Program-made: the position numbers and the translations under genes
In this document: positions 52,101 to 59,447 of the stretch, piece by piece
Numbering within the stretch: position 1 is the first letter of the stretch
Layout of the letters: every line of letters begins with the position of its first letter
The notes under the pieces: model-generated
What the model was told of the DNA's origin: nothing
Database searches by the model: none
Seen by the model: the letters and a program-made list of their open reading frames with translations, nothing else
DNA from: Clostridia bacterium
Lineage (GTDB): Bacteria; Bacillota; Clostridia; UMGS1883
Direction of reading: 5' to 3'
NCBI GenBank assembly: GCA_051866635.1
Contig: JBJDXJ010000018.1
Span: 1 to 59,447, forward strand
Length of the DNA stretch: 59,447 bases

Positions 52101-53474
52101 TTAATTCTCCTTTGCCAGATAACGTGCCACATGTACCCCTGATGCGGAGGCATGGGATAATGAATGTGTAATACCACTGCAATCGCCGATTACAAAAAGT
52201 CCACTGTGAACAGTTTCAAGGTTTTGGTCAATTTCAACCTCCATGTTATAGAACTTTACCTCCACACCGTAAAGGAGCGTGTCCTCATTTGCGGTACCGG
52301 GTGCAATTTTGTCCAAGGCGTAAATCATTTCGATAATGCCGTCAAGTATTCGTTTGGGAATGACAAGGCTGAGATCCCCCGGTGTTGCAGTTAAAGTAGG
52401 TGTCACAAAACCTTCGCTTATTCTTGATTCATTGCTTCGCTGTCCACGTATAAGATCACCGAAACGCTGTACAATAACACCGCCGCCAAGCATATTGGAA
52501 AGCCTTGCTATGCTTTCACCGTAACCGTTTGAATCCTTGAAGGGTTCGGAAAAATGCTTTGACACCAAAAGTGCAAAGTTTGTATTTTCTGTCTGCTTTT
52601 CAGGGTCTTCATAGCTGTGTCCGTTAACGGTAATAATACCGTTGGTGTTTTCTGTTACAACGGCACCCTTGGGGTTCATACAGAAGGTTCTTACCATATC
52701 TCCGTATTTTTCTGTTCTGCAAAGGATTTTACTTTCGTATAATTCATCGGTCAGATGTGCAAAAATTTCATAAGGCAATTCCACTCTTACACCGATGTCA
52801 ACACGGTTTTTCCTTGTGGGAATTTTCAGGCTTTCACACACTGATTCCATCCACTTACTTCCGCTTCTGCCTGCGGAAATGATGCACTTTTTGCCCAGGA
52901 ACTTTTTGTCGCCAACATATGCCTCATATTCGCCATTATCTGTTTTCACAACATTGTCAACATGGGAATTAAAGAATATGTCAACCCTGTCCTTTAAATG
53001 ATTATACAAATTTTCAAGCACTATATAATTAATATCCGTACCTAAGTGGCGTACAGATGCATCTAAAAGCAAAAGACCGTTCTGCATACAAAGTTTTTTT
53101 ATTTCGCTGTTTGCCGTAGAATAAAGTTTGGTTCCCTCGCCACCGTATTTAAGGTTCAATTCGTCCACATACTTCATAGTTTCAATGGCTTCTTCTTTTC
53201 CCACATATTCATACAGTGTTCCGCCGAAACGGTTTGTAATGTTGTATTTGCCGTCACTGAAGGCACCGGCACCGCCGAAGCCTGTCATAATGGAGCAATG
53301 CTCACAGCCGATACAGCTTTTTATCTTTTTTCCGTCAATGGGACATTTTCTTTTTTCAAGGCTCTGTCCCTGTTCAATCAACGCAATCTTCAAATCGGGT
53401 CTTAACTTGTTCAATTCATAAGCAGAAAATATCCCTCCGGGGCCTGCTCCTATAATTATAACATCATAATTCAT
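52101..53474 (-). CDS. NAD(P)/FAD-dependent oxidoreductase
   Basis: GAGPGG, GGAGAFSDGK and RTFCMNP motifs. Confidence 0.88.
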   Translation of the reverse strand: MNYDVIIIGAGPGGIFSAYELNKLRPDLKIALIEQGQSLEKRKCPIDGKKIKSCIGCEHCSIMTGFGGAGAFSDGKYNITNRFGGTLYEYVGKEEAIETMKYVDELNLKYGGEGTKLYSTANSEIKKLCMQNGLLLLDASVRHLGTDINYIVLENLYNHLKDRVDIFFNSHVDNVVKTDNGEYEAYVGDKKFLGKKCIISAGRSGSKWMESVCESLKIPTRKNRVDIGVRVELPYEIFAHLTDELYESKILCRTEKYGDMVRTFCMNPKGAVVTENTNGIITVNGHSYEDPEKQTENTNFALLVSKHFSEPFKDSNGYGESIARLSNMLGGGVIVQRFGDLIRGQRSNESRISEGFVTPTLTATPGDLSLVIPKRILDGIIEMIYALDKIAPGTANEDTLLYGVEVKFYNMEVEIDQNLETVHSGLFVIGDCSGITHSLSHASASGVHVARYLAKEN

Positions 53475-53713
53475 TTAATTTACCTCCAGTATTAGCTCGG
53501 TAGTATGCATAGTCATACATAATGCATTTTATCACATAAAAACTTTCATGTAAAGAAAAATCGACTTAATATTCAGATTGTCCACAAAGAATAAGGCATA
53601 TTGTTCCAATCAGAAAGAAAAAATAAAAATTTTTCAGCTTTTTTAAAAAAAGTAGTTGCATTTTCCCAAAAAGTGTGTTATCATACACCTTGCGTTTAGA
53701 TGATAAATAATTT

Positions 53714-53790
53714 GTGCTTGTAGCTCAGTTGGATAGAGTATTTGGCTACGAACCAAAGGGTCGGGGGTTCGAATCCCTCCAAGCACGCCA
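53714..53790 (+). tRNA. tRNA-Arg(ACG)
   Basis: 77-nt cloverleaf: GTGCTTG/CAAGCAC acceptor stem, TTTGG-CTACGAA-CCAAA anticodon arm, GGTTCGAATCC, encoded CCA. Confidence 0.97.
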
Positions 53791-53952
53791 AACAAAAATC
53801 CTTTTTGCGAAAGCATGAAGGATTTTTTTGCACTATAATTTACTGTAATGTGAAAAAATCCTCCGGTCTATGGGAATAATGCTTAAAAAGTTTAAGTTTT
53901 CAGGTGATTTTTGAGGCAAAATGCGGAAAAATCCCCTTAAAACCTAAAAAGG

Positions 53953-53981
53953 TTGACAATTGGTCAAATTCAGTATATAAT
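53953..53981 (+). promoter_or_regulatory. Consensus SigA promoter with an overlapping palindrome
   Basis: TTGACA-17-TATAAT; TTGAC-AATTG-GTCAA spans the -35 element. Confidence 0.8.
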
Positions 53982-54059
53982 AGATGTGACGGAGAATGTC
54001 TTATTCTCTTTATACATCTGGGAACGGCTTAATATTTTTACAGAAAGGATGTTTGCCCC

Positions 54060-54290
54060 ATGAAGAAGGTTATTTGTAAGGTTGAGTATGACACAGAAAC
54101 AGCTGAAGTAGTAGCAAGCTACACAAGCGGTGAATTCGGCGATGCTACAGGTTATGAAGAAGTTCTTTATGTAACACCCGGCGGAAAGTATTTCCTTTAC
54201 GCTAATGGCGGTGAAGAATCTATCCATCCCGTAGAAAGCATTACAAGATTGTCTGCAGCTAAGGCTGACGAATGGCGTGCCGCTCACTAA
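54060..54290 (+). CDS. Small hypothetical protein (76 aa)
   Basis: Own promoter, GAAAGGA RBS, biased codon use and own terminator. Confidence 0.85.
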   Translation: MKKVICKVEYDTETAEVVASYTSGEFGDATGYEEVLYVTPGGKYFLYANGGEESIHPVESITRLSAAKADEWRAAH

Positions 54291-54315
54291 TCGGGCGTTA
54301 TTTATTTAAACTTAT

Positions 54316-54355
54316 AAAATAACAGGGCTACACTTTTTGTAGCCCTGTTATTTTT
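54316..54355. terminator. Intrinsic terminator
   Basis: AAAATAACAGGGCTACA / TGTAGCCCTGTTATTTT hairpin. Confidence 0.85.
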
Positions 54356-54427
54356 CGTTTGAACCCACAAAAGTGAAAAGGACTGCACTTATAAAAGTAA
54401 CAGTCCTTTTCGTTATATGTTAATATG

Positions 54428-54600
54428 TGTGGAGGCTTGTTTAATATCAGGGCGTTGCCCTTTCAGGACCGGCGTTGGAGGAGGGCCGGTTCCTGAGAAG
54501 CAACCGCAGCGGAACACAGTGCAGAAAGCGTGCCACGTGGCTACACTGCAAGAAACTTATGTTCCACATTCCCTGCGTATGTAAGAGCACCGCCTTACAT
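54428..54600 (-). ncRNA. CsfG-like small RNA
   Basis: GC-rich and ORF-less; GCAGGGAAUGUGGAACA pairs with UGUUCCGCUGC; a long hairpin displays CCUCCUCCAAC; resembles sporulation sRNA CsfG from memory. Confidence 0.6.
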
Positions 54601-54621
54601 ATATAATACTTTTCACAAATC

Positions 54622-54671
54622 AAAAAAGTTGCATCAGGTTGAAAAAAATTTCAGCTTAATGCAACTTTTTT
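54622..54671 (-). terminator. Terminator after the membrane-protein gene
   Basis: AAAAAAGTTGCAT...ATGCAACTTTTTT hairpin. Confidence 0.7.
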
Positions 54672-56737
54672 TACAGGAAAAACGAAAAGGCGGAATAAAG
54701 TGACATATACAAAGGTTTATTCATTGTTTGTATTGTACTTGTCCCCCCTGCAAAAATAAGCAATGTGTCATAAAGAACCATACACAAAAGTGCCCATGCC
54801 GCAAACTTTGTGGCAAGAGAAGGGTATTCCTTATATAAACCGAATATGACTATAGATGCCGCCATTACAAAGAACACTGCAAAGTCACTTGTGTATCTGG
54901 GAAGGATGCCTCCTGCATGAATGTCAACAAGGCATACAAAAAAGCTTGTTATTATAAGGAATGTGCTAAGTTTAAAGGGCCACTGGTGCTTTGTTTTATG
55001 CATTGCAAAAATTACCCACAGCACAGGATATGTGATAAATATACCACCGAACATACCCTCCTTACTTGTAAAACCGATGTATGATGTTTCGGGCAATGAA
55101 GATGATAAAAACGGGAATGTTCCTGTAATACGTGGAGGTCTGAAAAGATATTCAAAAACGCCTAGGCCGAAACGGTCAAGAGCAAATCCACGTTGAGTCA
55201 TGTCCGAGGTTGTAAGATTATAGGCGGCTCCGAAATCAAAGGGAGAATCAAACCTTAAATAATTGTACACCATAACAAAAGAAGCAAATATTATATACGG
55301 TGCACAAAATGCCAAAGTGTTTTTAAGTGCACGGTATTTATCATCACACACTTTTGACTTTACGGATAAAAGCTCACGATGTTTAAACACACTGTCCCAA
55401 AAAATTATAAAGGCGGCACAGGAGTAAAATATAAGATTTGGTCTTAAAGCAATAACCGATGCCATAAATACAGAGCCTATTGTCATATGCAGTCTATTAA
55501 TTTTCTCGGTTTCTATAGATTTAATCCAAAAGTAGAGCCCCATAATGGTAAATGCCAACGCACCTATAATAGGAACCGAATAAAAGTCAGGCCGCTTTAT
55601 TATGTACACAACGCCTCCTGTAAGTATTGTGACAGCAGACAGCGTAAGATACAATAAGTAAGGCACATCTTTTAAATACTTTTTTATTAATTGCCTGTAG
55701 AGTAAAAACACTCCGGCAATCAGCACCCAACCAAAAATGACAACTGCCAAAAAATTTGGGAAATCCACGCCCAAAAGCCTGGAGGGCAGATAGAACAAAA
55801 GCACGGGAAGCACACCGAAATATACGTAAAACTTGCCGTTATAATATGCTGTGTCCCAAGGTTCAACCATGTTGGCGTTTTTAAAAACAGCCTTTCGTTC
55901 ATAGCGATCGTAAGGGTTATTCATTTCTTTTAAAACATCAGGCACTTCCTTGTCCAAGTGAAGCTGACCTTTTAAAAATGCATCAGCCAAGTCATTATAC
56001 TGGTTAAAGTGAGGCTGTGTAGGGTTAACAAACCCGGGGTTAAGGGAAGAAATTGCCAGGAAAGATGCCGCCAACACTAAAGCCAAGGCAACTGTTGTGC
56101 TGTTTTGGTTTTTATCATCGGCATCAAAAGGCACCTTCCACAAATCCTTTGTAGCTATGAAATAGTGAATAAAAAGCAGCACAAGATAGCATACAAGAAT
56201 ACGGAACACATTAAAGAACATGGGCCTTGGACAGTTTAACCGTATATCCGAAAGGGTTACAATTCGGTTTGAAATATCGGGAATAGTAATCCTTATTGTT
56301 TTTGCCTCGCCCGTAAAGTTTGTTTTCATATAGGATGTCTGCTGTGTAAAACGTGAAATTTTACGTTCCCCGGCATAGTAAAAATTTATGTTTGCGTCAT
56401 CAGTTGCCATAAAACGCACAGTGTGGATAGTTGTATTTGTTGAAATATGTATATTTTCAACCTCGCCTATAATATTGCTTATTTCAATATAATCATGGGC
56501 AGAGCGAATTTGATAAGAACCGTCCTTGGCTTTTACACCGCTTGAATATGTAACAGTGAAATATTCAATAGGGTCATATGTTCTGCTTCTGAAATATTCA
56601 AAATTAAAAAAGAAAATTTCACACAGTATACATACCGCCAAAAAGAACACCAAGGGAAGATAATTGCCCAAACGGTTTTTTGCCGCTTTTGCCACAAGAA
56701 GGCTGCTGCCTAAAAAAAGCACGGCTATAACAGGCAT
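54671..56737 (-). CDS. Polytopic membrane protein, putative GT-C-fold glycosyltransferase
   Basis: More than ten hydrophobic segments with extracytoplasmic loops; YNDLADAF, WDTAYYNGKFYVYFG, YNYLRFDSPFDFG and PRY motifs. Function is inferred. Confidence 0.7.
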   Translation of the reverse strand: MPVIAVLFLGSSLLVAKAAKNRLGNYLPLVFFLAVCILCEIFFFNFEYFRSRTYDPIEYFTVTYSSGVKAKDGSYQIRSAHDYIEISNIIGEVENIHISTNTTIHTVRFMATDDANINFYYAGERKISRFTQQTSYMKTNFTGEAKTIRITIPDISNRIVTLSDIRLNCPRPMFFNVFRILVCYLVLLFIHYFIATKDLWKVPFDADDKNQNSTTVALALVLAASFLAISSLNPGFVNPTQPHFNQYNDLADAFLKGQLHLDKEVPDVLKEMNNPYDRYERKAVFKNANMVEPWDTAYYNGKFYVYFGVLPVLLFYLPSRLLGVDFPNFLAVVIFGWVLIAGVFLLYRQLIKKYLKDVPYLLYLTLSAVTILTGGVVYIIKRPDFYSVPIIGALAFTIMGLYFWIKSIETEKINRLHMTIGSVFMASVIALRPNLIFYSCAAFIIFWDSVFKHRELLSVKSKVCDDKYRALKNTLAFCAPYIIFASFVMVYNYLRFDSPFDFGAAYNLTTSDMTQRGFALDRFGLGVFEYLFRPPRITGTFPFLSSSLPETSYIGFTSKEGMFGGIFITYPVLWVIFAMHKTKHQWPFKLSTFLIITSFFVCLVDIHAGGILPRYTSDFAVFFVMAASIVIFGLYKEYPSLATKFAAWALLCMVLYDTLLIFAGGTSTIQTMNKPLYMSLYSAFSFFL

Positions 56738-56749
56738 TTAAAACCCTCC

Positions 56750-57064
56750 TCAGATTTCCGTTTTCATATACCGGACAATTTCCCTTAGCTCGTCCCTTGC
56801 ATCCTTTATGCAAGAAGCAAGCTGGGGATTTATCCTGTCCTGTTCTATAGCAGAGCGTATAACAGCCAAGGCATTGTAGCATGCCGGGATATAAAACTCA
56901 CTGCCTTTTTCATCCTCAAGGTCGTAACGGAGGGAAAGGGCTTTTTTTTCGTCCTCCAACATTCTTATTGCCGCAGGGGAATTAATTTCAAAAGATATAA
57001 GAATATTATTTAACATTTCAATATGTTTTTCCAAAAGATCTATATATGTCATAATATACCTCAC
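56750..57064 (-). CDS. Hypothetical protein
   Basis: ORF tightly packed between neighbours; start may be the ATG at 57052. Confidence 0.7.
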   Translation of the reverse strand: MRYIMTYIDLLEKHIEMLNNILISFEINSPAAIRMLEDEKKALSLRYDLEDEKGSEFYIPACYNALAVIRSAIEQDRINPQLASCIKDARDELREIVRYMKTEI

Positions 57065-58038
57065 TCATATTTTTTCTTTTTTCGTATATCTTCTCCGAAA
57101 AAGCGTAGTGTTTCAAAGTTACCTATGATACGTGACACAATTCTTTCAGAATAGCTGTTTACAATTTCCTGCAAGGATAAATTAGTGGAAAAAACCATCT
57201 TCTTACTTGTAAGCAGTCTTTGATTCATTATCCGAAAAAGCTCGGAGGCGGTGAACTGTGTTATAAATTCTGCACCTAAATCATCTAAAATAAGCAAATC
57301 TGCATCAAGGACTTTTTCGGCAATATATGCACTTTTCACATCTCCCCTGCCAAAATGCATATTTTCAAGAATTGGGAAAAGGGAATTTGCACTTATGTAT
57401 AAAACATCCTTACCCTTTTTAAGAAGTTCGGTTGCAATAGATGATGAAAGGAATGTCTTTCCCAAACCGCTTGCACCATAGAAAAGAAGGTTTGTTTCGG
57501 TAAAGTCAAAATCCTCCGTAAACTTTTTACACACATGAAGAATACTTCTTGCGTTTTCCCTTGCACCTATACCCACATTGTTTTTTATCTCATCGTCGTA
57601 ATAGGCAAGATTAAACTTGTCAAAGGTTTGCCCTGCCATATGGCGTGAAAGGTTCGCTTCCTCCAATGCACGGTTTGTAATTTCCGTTTTTAAGCAGGAA
57701 CAAAGCTTGTTTTCACTGTTGTAGCCCGTATCTGAACAAAGAGGGCAAAAGTAAGGTGGATTAAGATAATCAGAGGGGTATCCGTTTTGGGAAAGAAGTC
57801 TCTCCATTTCTTCGTTAAAGGCACGGTTTTCCGCCATAATGCAGGAAACTGCTTCCTCCTCGCTCATGTTTTCCTCTGATACCTTTGATAAAAGAATCAT
57901 CCCTGTAGAGGACAATCTGTTTTCTATTTCTTGTATACGGGGAATTTTATCATATATTTCCCTCTTGCGGCGGTCAATAAGATTTTTTCTGTCTTCACGC
58001 CTTTTTTCAAGGACGTCCATTGCGTTTTTGTAAAGCAT
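57061..58038 (-). CDS. DnaC/IstB-like ATPase (helicase loader-like)
   Basis: CPLCSDTG...CSC zinc motif, GASGLGKT, ILDDLGAE and FSTNL motifs. Confidence 0.9.
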   Translation of the reverse strand: MLYKNAMDVLEKRREDRKNLIDRRKREIYDKIPRIQEIENRLSSTGMILLSKVSEENMSEEEAVSCIMAENRAFNEEMERLLSQNGYPSDYLNPPYFCPLCSDTGYNSENKLCSCLKTEITNRALEEANLSRHMAGQTFDKFNLAYYDDEIKNNVGIGARENARSILHVCKKFTEDFDFTETNLLFYGASGLGKTFLSSSIATELLKKGKDVLYISANSLFPILENMHFGRGDVKSAYIAEKVLDADLLILDDLGAEFITQFTASELFRIMNQRLLTSKKMVFSTNLSLQEIVNSYSERIVSRIIGNFETLRFFGEDIRKKKKYE

Positions 58039-58059
58039 AGTTGCCCTCCTTTAATTGCT

Positions 58060-59079
58060 TTATGACTTTTTCATTCTGCGTTGGAGTTCAAGCCGTTCAA
58101 TATCATCAAAGTTATAGTTTGACTTTGAATTGTTCTGGTTTTTTGCATCTTTTCTTGTGTTTTCTCTGCTGCTTTCGGCTTCCTTTAAGGCGGCAATAGT
58201 TTTAATTCCGTCATTAGCCCAGCTGGAGAGAATTTTGTCCATATACTGAAAGCTTAACTTTCCTGTATTTAACGTTGTTCTTGCATAGGCTTCCTTTATC
58301 ATTGCCTCACTCATGGAGTAGGTATTTGTCCATTCTGTAATATACTGAACCTCTTTTTCCGAAAAGGCACGGTTCAATCCAAACATCTGACTGCACTTTT
58401 TCAGCATACTTCTTTCTTTTTCCTTACGTTTTATAACCTTTTCAGCCATTTTTACAGTCGTAATGCCGTCATTGGCCCAGGCTTCAGCAACAGATTCCAT
58501 ATATCTGATATTTTTTGTTTTTTCGTCTGCGGCACAGTATTCCAAAAGCATAAGAAGCACTTCGTTTGAAAAGGAATACCATTCCAAAAAAGAATATAAG
58601 GCTTTAATCTCGCTTTGTGTAAGGGGCTTTTCCCAAATAAGCTGAGCCATTTTTAAAGTGTCGGACAAGGACTTGTCCAATTCCATTTTTGCTGTAATTT
58701 CCGTCATGGGAATGTCACGACGCTGTGGTTGAATTTTAGGTTCAGCCACATTCTTTACTGATGCCGCAGGGGTAGATGTCATAGTGGGCTTTTGCTCCTG
58801 CACAGGTTCAACATTAGTTGAAAGAAACGTAACACTGCCGTCCACCTCCAAGGAAATAAGCCCTGCCTTAACCCAATATTTCCATGCCTTTATAACGTCA
58901 GATTCCAATATGTCCAAAGCTTCTGCAATGGAGGCATTGTCCGACTGCTTGCCGGAGTAACAAAGACCCAGAGCATATATGTACACCATAACATGTGTAG
59001 GATTTGCCTGAGGCAGATATTTATTAATAAAGTTTAATTCCAAAGGTACAATCGGATGTGCAACCTGAATTTTAGCCAT
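58060..59079 (-). CDS. DnaD-domain replication protein
   Basis: Two YM(E/D)xxxxxWANDGI DnaD repeats; ATG at 59079 after GAAAGGG. Confidence 0.9.
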   Translation of the reverse strand: MAKIQVAHPIVPLELNFINKYLPQANPTHVMVYIYALGLCYSGKQSDNASIAEALDILESDVIKAWKYWVKAGLISLEVDGSVTFLSTNVEPVQEQKPTMTSTPAASVKNVAEPKIQPQRRDIPMTEITAKMELDKSLSDTLKMAQLIWEKPLTQSEIKALYSFLEWYSFSNEVLLMLLEYCAADEKTKNIRYMESVAEAWANDGITTVKMAEKVIKRKEKERSMLKKCSQMFGLNRAFSEKEVQYITEWTNTYSMSEAMIKEAYARTTLNTGKLSFQYMDKILSSWANDGIKTIAALKEAESSRENTRKDAKNQNNSKSNYNFDDIERLELQRRMKKS

Positions 59080-59447
59080 TTTTTCATAACCCTTTCCGAT
59101 AAATTTAGACAATTATATACTATATTGTATCACAGATTCTTTTTTGTGTAAAGCGAAAAAAAGGTTTATATAAGTGTCAATTAATACAAAAAAGGGGTTG
59201 GAACAAAGTGTCTCTTCGCTCCTTGGCAATAGCTTAGCTAAGGCAGACACAGGAGAAAACACTTTGTAATGCCATGTGCGTTTTCCTCTTCTGCCGGGAA
59301 ATTCTCCCACGGCAATAAAATCAAAATTTATTTTTACATTATAAGGAAATGAGGAATTTCCTATAATATAAAAGACCATTTCGGGACTGTCACAACAAAA
59401 CCTCGCAAGGTTTCTTTGGCAAATTGTCTCCCAATTTGCCATAAGGG

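Noticed and set aside
7525-52182. Extended N-termini in the ORF track (rlmN 8622, PPIase 15980, rplI 24803, LRR 38421, EamA 51476, rfbF 52182) and the many short antisense ORFs
   Set aside because: They overlap upstream genes or shadow core genes; downstream starts fit RBS position and family length.
53970-54287. 105-aa minus-strand ORF
   Set aside because: Antisense to the well-supported 76-aa gene.
53714-54300. Prophage or island integrated at tRNA-Arg
   Set aside because: No integrase and no duplicated tRNA 3' end seen.
57061-58038. IS21 istB or phage replication module
   Set aside because: No istA or phage genes; the DnaD plus zinc-finger ATPase pair is a usual clostridial chromosomal arrangement.
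59113-59442. 109-aa minus-strand ORF and the N-terminal extension of dnaD to 59112
   Set aside because: Runs through hairpins and the probable dnaD promoter; no recognisable protein features.

Overview
Chromosomal window from a spore-forming, low-GC Clostridia-type Firmicute (inferred from gene content). Almost all genes are on the minus strand. Most of it is core genome: thiN-rpe-rsgA-pknB-stp-rlmN-rsmB-fmt-def-priA-coaBC-rpoZ-gmk-remA-yloC, ftsH-hpt-tilS-dnaB-rplI-gdpP, trmFO-topA-dprA, infC-rpmI-rplT with an L20 leader, addB-trmD-rimM, recA with a LexA box, tRNA-Arg(ACG), and dnaD-dnaC. Interspersed are copper-amine-oxidase-N-domain surface proteins, a Phd/ParE toxin-antitoxin pair, a strongly codon-biased S-layer-like gene and a CsfG-like sRNA. 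The most unusual part is the AT-rich first 1.74 kb. It holds two immunity-like genes, one coupled to a start-less amidase-like toxin tail, bounded by GGGGAC/GTCCCC REPIN-like hairpins. Three hybrid sites share an ACGTC core. Excising 47..986 would regenerate both an intact copy of the site seen at 1609..1639 and a 36-bp palindrome, which is the signature expected of an integrated gene cassette. No recombinase is present in the window. All calls come from reading the sequence; no searches were run.
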